Assembly: GCA_044344255.1 (NCBI GenBank)
Contig: JBIJDH010000019.1
Span: 96,001 to 160,000 of the forward strand
Direction: 5' to 3'
From: Myxococcota bacterium
Lineage (GTDB): Bacteria > Myxococcota_A > UBA796 > UBA2385
Length of the DNA stretch: 64,000 nt
Part shown: positions 1 to 8,050 of the stretch, piece after piece
How positions within the stretch are numbered: the stretch's first letter is position 1
Layout of the letters: every line of letters starts with the position of its first letter
Notes under the pieces: generated by a model
Databases searched by the model: none
The model's input: only the letters and a program-made list of their open reading frames with translations
Told to the model about the DNA's origin: nothing
Program-made: the position numbers and the translations under genes

Positions 1-361
1 GGGCGTCGTCGGGGTCGGCGGGCAGGGCCAAGGGGACCACCGCGAGCGACGGCGGGGCCGCGGCGGCGGCCTGTCGGTGGCGGCGGCCCACGAGCCAGCG
101 GCGGAGCTGCCAGAGGCCGAAGCCCAGCACGGCGAGGGCCAGCAGCGCGGCCACCCCCTCGACGAGCCAGAAGAGGAGCACCGGATCGATCCCCACCTCG
201 GGCGCAGCGTCCCGGAGCCGCCCCCAGAGGTACCGGCCGAGGGTGGTGAGGCGCTCCGTGAGCCCGTCGTCCACCCGGCCTTCAATGTCCTCCTCGGCGA
301 AGACCCGCTCCAGCAGGGCCGGATCGGGCAGGGCCCTCCCACCGCTCGGCTCAGCGGGCAT
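1..361 (-). CDS. Membrane protein, probably DUF4129-type (N-terminal part; truncated by window edge)
   Basis: ATG at 361, 3 nt after the stop of the upstream gene. Reads MPAEPSGGRALPDPALLERVFAEEDI...VLLFWLVEGVAALLALAVLGFGLWQLRR (one TM). Its position in an RDD-SpoIIM cluster suggests the family. Confidence 0.55.
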   Translation of the reverse strand, partial: MPAEPSGGRALPDPALLERVFAEEDIEGRVDDGLTERLTTLGRYLWGRLRDAAPEVGIDPVLLFWLVEGVAALLALAVLGFGLWQLRRWLVGRRHRQAAAAAPPSLAVVPLALPADPDDA

Positions 362-364
362 GGC

Positions 365-1270
365 TCAGGCGCCTCGGGCTTCGAGACGCTGGTCGAGGGC
401 CTGCCGGAGGTCTGTGCCCTCCATGAGGCGCCGCTGGTCCTGGTAGAAGGAGCCCCAGAGGATCGTGCCGTAGCTGCCGACGACGCCCATCCCGAGCCCG
501 TTGAGCACGAGGGTGGGCATGACGGCCCACATCGGGGGTGAGATCGCGGCCGGGCTGGTGGCGAGGCCGGCGCTGATGCCCCGCAGCGTGTACCAGAGGG
601 ACACGCAGAGGTTCGGCAGGCCCGTCACCGAGGTGATGGCGAGGCCGACGCCGAGCATGACGTGCAGCAGCAGCACGATGCGGAAGAGGGAGGACCCGCC
701 GGCGCCGTTCGCCGGGCGGTAGTGGGCGACCCGCAAGCAGCGGCGGATGGCGTCGGGGGGCCACTCATCGCCAAAGACCGTGACCGCCGTGAGCGGGGCG
801 AGCGCCATGATCGGGTAGAGGACCCCGAGCCCGCAGATACAGAGCGAGACGATGCCGATGGAGATGTAGATCAGCCAGCCCACCATGCTCGTCAGCCACC
901 ACCGCAGGCGGAGCGCCGCCTTGTAGGCCTCGAAGAGGCTGAGGCTCCGCCCGGCCAGCAGCTCCCGGTAGGCCACCATCTTCGCGAGCTCCGCCCAGAT
1001 GGTGAGCACGACCGCGATCGCCCCCATCACGCCGAGCACGAGGTAGAAGCCCATCATCCGGCTGATGAGCCCCATCGGATCCCGGGACATCTCGGCGGGG
1101 TCGCCCATGATCCCCTTCATCATGCCCTGGTTGGCCACCTGGGCCACCACGCCGAAGAGCGTCGGCACGAGCGCGATGGGCACGAGGGTGCGCCAATGTT
1201 GAAGGAGGAAGCTGAGCGGCTGGTCGGCCAGCTCGGCGGTGGTGGTGGGGCTTGAGGTTTGGAGTCTCAC
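365..1270 (-). CDS. Multi-pass membrane protein of the RDD/SpoIIM/MoxR-type cluster
   Basis: 301 aa with about 6 hydrophobic helices; C-terminal YQDQRRLMEGTDL resembles the Y.D.R.R.EG.DL motif of this family. Confidence 0.75.
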   Translation of the reverse strand: MRLQTSSPTTTAELADQPLSFLLQHWRTLVPIALVPTLFGVVAQVANQGMMKGIMGDPAEMSRDPMGLISRMMGFYLVLGVMGAIAVVLTIWAELAKMVAYRELLAGRSLSLFEAYKAALRLRWWLTSMVGWLIYISIGIVSLCICGLGVLYPIMALAPLTAVTVFGDEWPPDAIRRCLRVAHYRPANGAGGSSLFRIVLLLHVMLGVGLAITSVTGLPNLCVSLWYTLRGISAGLATSPAAISPPMWAVMPTLVLNGLGMGVVGSYGTILWGSFYQDQRRLMEGTDLRQALDQRLEARGA

Positions 1271-1283
1271 GGTCGGCGGCCCC

Positions 1284-2255
1284 TCAGGGTGTGCGCGCGC
1301 GGGGGGGGCCGACGCGCAGCGTGTAGAGCAGGAAGGTGGCCAGCAGGCCGATGCCCAGCGCCGCCTTGACCGGGGTGGGGATGTCCATCCGCGGCGAGAG
1401 GTTGCCCTCGAGGAGGCCGAGCAGCACGAACCAGGGCAGCGTGCCGGCCATCAGCAGGAAGGAGCGCCGCCCGCCCTCGGCGGCCGTGAGGCTGCGGGGG
1501 CGGTTCCCGGAGCCGACGAGGCCGCGAGTGAGCTCGAAGCCCGCCGCACCGGCGACGATGATCAGCGTGAGCTCGAGCGGCCCGTGCCCGCTGATGAAGG
1601 CGAAGACCCGGTCGAGCAGCTCATACCGCCAGCACAGCGCGAGCAGGCTCCCCACCATCGCCCCGTTGAAGAGCAGCAGCAGCGCCGTCCCCACGCCGAA
1701 CAGCCCGCCGAGGGCCCAGGCCTTCATGGCCACGCCCATGTTGTTCGTCGAGATGAAGCTCGAGAGGACCGAGCCGGGCATCGCCTCTCCGAGGTGGTCG
1801 GTCCAGATCGTGCCCCGCCGGAGGCCCGCCACCCCCTCCGCCCCGAAGAAGAGGTCGCCCACCGAGGGCACCGCCCCCGTGAGCACGAAGCCGAACAGCA
1901 GCCCGAACACGAAGAGCGAGAGGGCCGCCCGCACGGCGGGGAGCGAGCCGCGGAACACCTCCGGGTAGCCGGTGCGGAAGAAGCGGAGCAGGCGCGGACC
2001 CCAGGGGGGCTCCACCCCGGTGAACAGCCGGTGGCCCTGGAAGGAGAGGGCGCGCAGCCGGCGCTCGGCCTCTGTGCCCGGGAAGTGGGTGCGAGCCCAG
2101 GCGAAGTCGGAGAGCACCCGACGATGGGCCGCGGCGAGCTGCTCCACCTCGGCGAGGTCAAGGCGCCCGAGCCCGCCGGTCTTCACGCGGCCGAGCAGGC
2201 GCTCAGCGGCCTCCCAGTCGGGGCCGCCACGGCGCAAGAAGGCCGGGTAGTCCAC
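1284..2255 (-). CDS. Stage II sporulation protein M (SpoIIM/DUF95) family membrane protein
   Basis: Motifs FISTNNMGVA, LLFNGAMVG, HGPLELT, GLLEGNLSP. Confidence 0.85.
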   Translation of the reverse strand: MDYPAFLRRGGPDWEAAERLLGRVKTGGLGRLDLAEVEQLAAAHRRVLSDFAWARTHFPGTEAERRLRALSFQGHRLFTGVEPPWGPRLLRFFRTGYPEVFRGSLPAVRAALSLFVFGLLFGFVLTGAVPSVGDLFFGAEGVAGLRRGTIWTDHLGEAMPGSVLSSFISTNNMGVAMKAWALGGLFGVGTALLLLFNGAMVGSLLALCWRYELLDRVFAFISGHGPLELTLIIVAGAAGFELTRGLVGSGNRPRSLTAAEGGRRSFLLMAGTLPWFVLLGLLEGNLSPRMDIPTPVKAALGIGLLATFLLYTLRVGPPRARTP

Positions 2256-2258
2256 CGA

Positions 2259-2984
2259 TCAGCCCGTCACGGCGAAGGCGGCGCGAAGCGAGGGGAGCGG
2301 GCTCTTGAGGTCAGCCCCCTCGGGCAGGAAGCCTGGGTGATCACGCCGAATCCAGGTGAGCAGCTTGCGCGCGAGGTCGAGCTGCGCCGCCACCTCCATG
2401 CCGTCCACCCGCGCGAAGAAGGCCTCGACCAGCACGACGTCCTCGGCGCGGAAGCCCTCGGGGAAGCGGGTGGGCCGGGGGGCGGCGCGCGCCTCCCGCT
2501 CGACCACCACCACGGTGCCGGCGAAACGATCGCCGAGGCGCTGGTGGCGCTCGGTGAGCACCATCGAGGCCACCCCGATGGCGCCCCCGCCGGGGAAGAG
2601 GTCGAGCGGCCGCGCCAGGTTGCGGATGAGAGAGCCCACCACGCCGACGTCTCCGCCGTCAGCGGTCACCACCCGGAGGCCCACGAGGCGCTTGCCGGGG
2701 GTCTGCCCGTTCCAGGCCTGCTCGAAGGCGATGAACCAGCCCATCTCCAGGGTGAACCACCCGACGATGAGGAGGGCGACGAAGATGCCCCACTGGTCGG
2801 TGTCGGCGATGACAGAGCCCATCACGCCGAGGACCTGGAGCACGAGGATCAGCACCAGCGCGATGAGGAGCAGGCAGAGCCAGTCGGCGAGGTAAGCGAG
2901 GCTGCGGCTGCCGGCCGAGGCCAGGGGGAGCTCGAGGGGAACATCGAGGGCGCCGATGAAGCGCCCCTGGTCAGACTCGGGCAT
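2259..2984 (-). CDS. RDD family membrane protein
   Basis: ASAGSRSLAYLAD, GQTPGKRLVGLRVV, IRNLAR.LD, QRLGDRFAGTVVV. Confidence 0.9.
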   Translation of the reverse strand: MPESDQGRFIGALDVPLELPLASAGSRSLAYLADWLCLLLIALVLILVLQVLGVMGSVIADTDQWGIFVALLIVGWFTLEMGWFIAFEQAWNGQTPGKRLVGLRVVTADGGDVGVVGSLIRNLARPLDLFPGGGAIGVASMVLTERHQRLGDRFAGTVVVVEREARAAPRPTRFPEGFRAEDVVLVEAFFARVDGMEVAAQLDLARKLLTWIRRDHPGFLPEGADLKSPLPSLRAAFAVTG

Positions 2985-3091
2985 CTCGGAGCCTCAGGGC
3001 GGGGGGAGATCGGTGCGGTCACCGCGGAGAACATGGCCCATCACCGCACCCGGGGCAAGCGGGGCGCAGTACACTCCCCTCGGAGGTCCCC

Positions 3092-4189
3092 ATGCGCCCA
3101 CCCGCTGCCCTGCTCTCCGCCGCCGGGGCGCTCGCCCTCGCCGCCGCGCTGCTCCCCGCCTGCTCCGGCGACAAGGGCTCGACCGGCGCCGACAGCGCCG
3201 CCGAGGGGGACGCCGACACCGACGCCGACGCCGACGCAGACTCTGACACCGACATCGACGTCGACTGCGAGGCCCGCCTCGCCGAGGGCAAGTTCTTCCC
3301 GGACGGGGCCGTCTGGTTCGAGGACGTGAGCGGCGCACCCACCGACCCCACCTCCGAGGAGGTCATCACCTTCCTCCAGGGCTACGGCTGGGGCCTCGGC
3401 CGCCTCCAGATCGACTTCTCGATCGAGGTGCTCACCGCCGACGCCGACACCCCGAAGATGAGCTTCGACCCCAGCCCCGACTATTTCTACAGCCCGGACT
3501 GCGACCAGCAGGACATCCCCATCCCCGAGGGCGGCGCCCTCGAAGGTGAGGCGGGGTACTCCTGCTCCGACTACGAGAACAGCGACTGCCACCTGATCGT
3601 CGCCGACTGCGACGCCGGCCGCCTCTACGAGATGTGGAAGGCCGACATCGACGGCGCGAATTTCCAGGGGGGCTGCCTCGCCGTCTGGGACATGAACACG
3701 GTCTACGGGCCGGAGGGGCGCGGTGAACAGTGCACGAGCGCCGACGCCGCCGGCTACCCGATCGCGCAGCTCCTCTTCACCGCCGATGAGGTGGCGGCCG
3801 GCCACATCGACCACGCCATCCGCTTCATCCTGCCGAACGACGCCATCCGCGACAGCGGCTTCATCGCGCCGGCCACGCACGCCACCACCGCCGGGGACGA
3901 CCCGCCGAGCGGGGTCCTCTACGGCGCCCACCTTCGCCTGCGCGCCGACTACCCCGTCGACACGCTGCCGAACGAGGCCTCCAAGGTGGTGGCCCGGGCG
4001 CTGCAGACCTACGGGATGTACCTCGCCGACGGCGGCAACGTAGCGCTCACGGCCCGCAGCGACCGCTCCACCACCGCGAAGTGGGCCGACCTCATGGAGT
4101 CGCGTGACCTCGAGGACATCGAGCCCGCCGACTTCGAGCTCCTCGAGATGGGGCCCGAGATCCCGCTCACCTTTGACTGCGCGCGCTGA
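3092..4189 (+). CDS. Uncharacterised lipoprotein with Asp-rich linker and conserved C-terminal domain
   Basis: GGAGG RBS, lipobox LPAC, DADTDADADADSDTD linker; motifs DCHLIV, LYEMW, TSADAAGYPI, IDHAIRF, ALQTYGMYLADGG. Confidence 0.8.
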   Translation: MRPPAALLSAAGALALAAALLPACSGDKGSTGADSAAEGDADTDADADADSDTDIDVDCEARLAEGKFFPDGAVWFEDVSGAPTDPTSEEVITFLQGYGWGLGRLQIDFSIEVLTADADTPKMSFDPSPDYFYSPDCDQQDIPIPEGGALEGEAGYSCSDYENSDCHLIVADCDAGRLYEMWKADIDGANFQGGCLAVWDMNTVYGPEGRGEQCTSADAAGYPIAQLLFTADEVAAGHIDHAIRFILPNDAIRDSGFIAPATHATTAGDDPPSGVLYGAHLRLRADYPVDTLPNEASKVVARALQTYGMYLADGGNVALTARSDRSTTAKWADLMESRDLEDIEPADFELLEMGPEIPLTFDCAR

Positions 4190-4218
4190 GCCCCTCGCCT
4201 CGGGGCGCGCGGCTCAGC
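4185..4218. terminator. GC-rich hairpin between convergent genes, possible terminator
   Basis: gctgagcc (4185-4192) pairs with ggctcagc (4211-4218), with an inner cccc/gggg stem; no U-tract. Confidence 0.3.
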
Positions 4219-4231
4219 CCGTCACTGCCGT

Positions 4232-5161
4232 TCAGCCCGTCACAGCCGCCCAGCCCCGCTCGAGCTCCGCAGGGTCGATCCCCCGCCCGATCACGACCAG
4301 CGCGCTCTCGAGCGGGGGCTCCATCGTACCGGGGCCGAGCTCGAGCCACTGATAGACGCCCTGCGCCACCACCGCCGTGCTGTGGCCAGGGCAGCGGAAG
4401 ATGCCCTTGAGGCGGAGCAGCTCCCAGCCGCGGCGGGAGGCGATGAACTGGAGGTACATCTTGAGCTTCGCGAGCTCGACCGGCCCGCCGCGGAGGCTCT
4501 TGGTCATCACGCCTGCGGAGTGTGTGACCACCTCGGGGATCTGCCAGCGCGCCGGGTCCGCGCCGCCGATTCGCAGGAGAGGCGCCACGTCGACCGCCGC
4601 CCGCTCCGAGCGGGAGAGGGTGGCGAGCGGAGAGACGGCCCGCACCGCGGCCTCGGCCCCCTCGATGTCGTCGGCCTGATCGACGTGGTTGAGCAGCACG
4701 CGGTCGGCGGTGGCGAGCTGGGCGGCCACCTCGGGGTGCTGGTCGAGCTGCGCCACCACCCGCCCGGCGTGGGCCACCGCCACCACCCCGTCCACCCGCG
4801 TCTGAGCGGCGAGGGTGGGGTCGAGCAGGAAGGTCTGCAAGAGCGGGCCGGGCGTCGCCAGGCCGGAGGTCTCGATCACCACCCGCTCGAAGCGCAGGGG
4901 CCTCCACCAACGGGAGCGTCTCTGTAACAAATCGAGGGCGGTGACCCGCAGGTCCTCCCGCACCTCGCAGCAGACGCAGCCGTTGCGGAGCTCGACCACG
5001 CGGTCCGAGGCGCCGACGACGAGCCGCCCGTCAATGCCGAGCGCGCCGAACTCGTTGACGATCACGGCGGTCGGCGGCGTCGCGGGGTCGCTCAGCAGCC
5101 GGTTGAGCAGGGTGGTCTTGCCGGCGCCGAGGAAGCCCGTGAGGAGCGTGACCGGGACCAT
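4232..5161 (-). CDS. COG0523 / CobW-family G3E GTPase (putative metallochaperone)
   Basis: LTGFLGAGKTT, VNEFG, NGCVCC, IETSGLA, C-terminal LLRLKG and LVVIGR. Start overlaps the upstream stop by 1 nt (TGATG). Confidence 0.92.
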   Translation of the reverse strand: MVPVTLLTGFLGAGKTTLLNRLLSDPATPPTAVIVNEFGALGIDGRLVVGASDRVVELRNGCVCCEVREDLRVTALDLLQRRSRWWRPLRFERVVIETSGLATPGPLLQTFLLDPTLAAQTRVDGVVAVAHAGRVVAQLDQHPEVAAQLATADRVLLNHVDQADDIEGAEAAVRAVSPLATLSRSERAAVDVAPLLRIGGADPARWQIPEVVTHSAGVMTKSLRGGPVELAKLKMYLQFIASRRGWELLRLKGIFRCPGHSTAVVAQGVYQWLELGPGTMEPPLESALVVIGRGIDPAELERGWAAVTG

Positions 5162-5691
5162 CAGTCCCCGAGGTAGCCGAGCGCCTTGAGCGCCTCGATC
5201 TCCGCAGGGTCCCCCGTCTTGGCGAGCTCGTCGATGGCCGCCTGGAAGGAGGGATCATCCGGGTACTTCTTCTTCCCGGCGTCGAGCACGCTCACCGCGC
5301 CAGGGCCGTCCCCGGCTGCGCGCAGCTTGTCGGCGAGGGCGCGGTACAGGGCGGGGTTGATCTGCGTCGGGTAGGCGCCGGTGAGCCGCTCGAGGCCGGC
5401 CACCACCTCCGCCCCCTTGCCGCCCTCGGCGAGGCCCTGGAGGCGCAGCGACTCGAAGCGCCAGGCCTTGGCCGGCTCCTTCGAGATGGCCTCGACCTTG
5501 AGGGCCTCATCGGCCTTGGCCACCGCGCCCGCGTAGTCCTTGGCCTGCAGCGCGGCCTCCACGTCCGCCTGCATCGCGGCGGCGTCGGGACCGCTCTCAC
5601 AGCCCGGGAGCGCGGCCAAAGAGAGGGCGAAGGCGAAGGCGAAGAAGAGGGCGCGTGGGCCGCGGAGGGCGCCCGCGAGGGAGGAGGGCAT
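5161..5691 (-). CDS. Helical (TPR-like) lipoprotein ending in an LKALGYLGD tail
   Basis: Lipobox LPGC, Ala-rich amphipathic helices, C-terminus EIEALKALGYLGD. Confidence 0.75.
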   Translation of the reverse strand: MPSSLAGALRGPRALFFAFAFALSLAALPGCESGPDAAAMQADVEAALQAKDYAGAVAKADEALKVEAISKEPAKAWRFESLRLQGLAEGGKGAEVVAGLERLTGAYPTQINPALYRALADKLRAAGDGPGAVSVLDAGKKKYPDDPSFQAAIDELAKTGDPAEIEALKALGYLGD

Positions 5692-5719
5692 GAACGGGCT
5701 CCGAGGGGATGATCCAAAG

Positions 5720-5754
5720 GGACGAGCGGCAGGACGAGAGGCAGGACGAGCAGG
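5720..5754. repeat. About 3 imperfect 12-bp tandem units (ggacgag[c/a]ggca) in the divergent intergenic region
   Basis: ggacgagcggca ggacgagaggca ggacgagcagg read directly. Confidence 0.7.
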
Positions 5755-5817
5755 CGCGCCTCACGGGTCTCTGCGAGGTAGCTCGTCTCCTGCCTGACGA
5801 CTATATGGCCGGCACGC

Positions 5818-8049
5818 ATGAGACCCTCGACCCCTCGCCCTTCGTCCCTCCTCCTGCGCTCAAACGTGCGGTTGGCTGTGCAGCTCTGCCTGTTCAGCCT
5901 GCTGCTCTGGCCCAGCGCGGCCTGGGCTTACATCGGCCCCGGCGCCGGCTTCGCCTTCGCAGGCTCCCTGGCCGTGATGCTGGCGGCCTTCGCCCTCGCG
6001 GTGGGCACGATCCTGCTCTGGCCGATCACCTTCGTGATCCGCACGATCCGGGTGGGCAACCCCTTCAAGCACGCCCTGGCGAAGCGGGTGATCATCATCG
6101 GCCTCGACGGGATGGACCCTGGCATCACCTCCCGCTTCATGGCCGAGGGGCGCCTGCCGAACCTGAAGAAGCTCGCCGATCAGGGGGTCTTCCGCCCGCT
6201 CAACACCTCGAACCCCTCGATGTCGCCGGTCGCCTGGTCGAGCTTCGCCACCGGCGTGGACCCCTCCCGCCACGGCATCTACGACTTCCTCACGCGTGAC
6301 CCCTGCACCTACGCGCCGATGCTGTCCTCCACCGACATCCAGAACGCCGAGAAGGTCTGGAACATCGGCAAGTACATCATCCCGCTCGGAAAGCCCAAGA
6401 TCAAGCTCCTCCAGAAGTCCCAGGCCTTCTGGAAGCTCCTCGGCGAGCGGCACATCCCCTCGATCATCCAGCGCGTGCCGATCACGTTTCCGCCGGTGCC
6501 CTTCCGCGGCCTGCTGCTGTCGGGCATGTGCGTGCCCGACCTGCGGGGGAGCCAGGGCACCTTCAGCTTCTTCTCCACGGCCAGCGCGGACGGCAAGGCC
6601 GCCTTCACCGGCGGGGAGCAGACCGTCCTCCGCCGGAAGGGCGACGTCATCCGCTCCCGCATCGTCGGCCCCGACAACGGCATGGTCAAGGACGGCGGGC
6701 GGATGACCCTGCCCTTCACGATCACGGTGTCCGAGGCCGCGGGTAAGGTCCACGTCGCGATCGACGGCGGCGAGGCCTTTGACCTCCCGCTCAAGGCCTA
6801 CTCCGCCTGGATCCACCTCACCTTCGAGGCCGGCCTCGGCGTGAAGGTGGCGGGTATCGCCCGCTTCTACCTGAACTCGATCTCGCCCGACGTCAACCTC
6901 TACATGACGCCGATCCACATCGACCCGGAGTCTCCGGCGATGCCGATCAGCCACCCTGAGGTCTACGCGGTCTACCTCGCCAAGAAGTTCGGCCCCTACG
7001 CCACCCTCGGCCTCGCCGAAGACACCTGGGCGCTGAACGAGCGGGTCATCGACGAGGGCGCGTTCTTTGACCAGGCGATGGCCTTCTGCGACGAGCGCGA
7101 GAAGATGCTCTTTGACGCCATCGAGCACACCCGCACGGGCCTCGTCACGACCGTCTTCGACACGACCGATCGTGTCCAGCACATGTTCTATCGGTACCTG
7201 GACCCCACCCACCCTGCGAACCGCGACAAGGAGGCCACCGCCTACGCCGACGCCATCCAGCGTGTCTACACACACATGGACGGCATCATCGGCAAGGTGG
7301 CCGAGAAGCTGGGCGACGACGCCGTGCTGATGGTGATGAGCGACCACGGCTTCACGAACTTCCGCCGCGGCGTGAACATCAACTCCTGGCTGCGCGACAA
7401 CGGCTACCTCTTCCTCAAGGACGGCAAGACCACCTCGGGCGAGTGGTTCGAGGACGTCGACTGGTCGCGCACCCGCGCCTTCTCGCTCGGGCTCACCGGG
7501 CTCTTCATCAACCGCAAGGGGCGCGAGCAGTCCGGCATCGTCGAGGAGGGGGAGGCCTACCGCGCCCTCTGTGACGAGCTCGCCGCCGGCCTCGAGGCGC
7601 TGATCGACCCCGAGACGGGCGGCCGCGCCATCCGCCACGTCGAGGCCGCTTACAAGTGCTTCGACGGGCCCTACCGCCTCGACTCCCCCGATCTGCTCAT
7701 CGGCTACGAGGGCGGCTACCGGCACTCCTGGGAGTGCGCGACCGGCTCCTGCACCCCCGAGGTCTTCCGGGACAACACCAAGAGCTGGTCGGGCGACCAC
7801 TGTGTCGATCCCTCGATCGTGCCCGGTGTCTTCTTCTGCAATCGTACGATCCTGGACGAGACGCCGCACATCATGGACATCCCCTTCTCCGTCCTGTCGC
7901 TCTTCGGCGCCAAGCCGCCCGGCTACATGCAGGGGAAGATGCTGTTCGCCAAGGCCGGCGAGCAGGCCGGCGTGCGGGGCCCCCTCGACCCCCGCACCCT
8001 CTCCCAGTCGGGCTCGGCGCCCGGCGCGCTCGTCTCGAAGGAGCGCTGA
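5818..8049 (+). CDS. Alkaline phosphatase superfamily (NPP/type I phosphodiesterase-like) protein with signal peptide, YIGPG motif and TM anchor
   Basis: Catalytic set GLDG, SPVAWS, DRVQH, SDHG, SGDH; N-terminus ...SAAWA-YIGPGAG-hydrophobic helix-RTIR. Confidence 0.88.
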   Translation: MRPSTPRPSSLLLRSNVRLAVQLCLFSLLLWPSAAWAYIGPGAGFAFAGSLAVMLAAFALAVGTILLWPITFVIRTIRVGNPFKHALAKRVIIIGLDGMDPGITSRFMAEGRLPNLKKLADQGVFRPLNTSNPSMSPVAWSSFATGVDPSRHGIYDFLTRDPCTYAPMLSSTDIQNAEKVWNIGKYIIPLGKPKIKLLQKSQAFWKLLGERHIPSIIQRVPITFPPVPFRGLLLSGMCVPDLRGSQGTFSFFSTASADGKAAFTGGEQTVLRRKGDVIRSRIVGPDNGMVKDGGRMTLPFTITVSEAAGKVHVAIDGGEAFDLPLKAYSAWIHLTFEAGLGVKVAGIARFYLNSISPDVNLYMTPIHIDPESPAMPISHPEVYAVYLAKKFGPYATLGLAEDTWALNERVIDEGAFFDQAMAFCDEREKMLFDAIEHTRTGLVTTVFDTTDRVQHMFYRYLDPTHPANRDKEATAYADAIQRVYTHMDGIIGKVAEKLGDDAVLMVMSDHGFTNFRRGVNINSWLRDNGYLFLKDGKTTSGEWFEDVDWSRTRAFSLGLTGLFINRKGREQSGIVEEGEAYRALCDELAAGLEALIDPETGGRAIRHVEAAYKCFDGPYRLDSPDLLIGYEGGYRHSWECATGSCTPEVFRDNTKSWSGDHCVDPSIVPGVFFCNRTILDETPHIMDIPFSVLSLFGAKPPGYMQGKMLFAKAGEQAGVRGPLDPRTLSQSGSAPGALVSKER

Positions 8050-8050
8050 G

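Noticed and set aside
1284..2255. SpoIIM and CotH as evidence of endospore formation
   Set aside because: Both families are widespread in non-sporulating bacteria, and the window encodes outer-membrane proteins (TonB receptor, BcsC).
7802..8050. Extended N-termini in the ORF track (e.g. 7802, 15914, 26100, 37103, 41109, 45112, 59815)
   Set aside because: They overlap neighbouring genes and read as low-complexity; downstream starts with RBS, -10 elements or signal peptides fit better.
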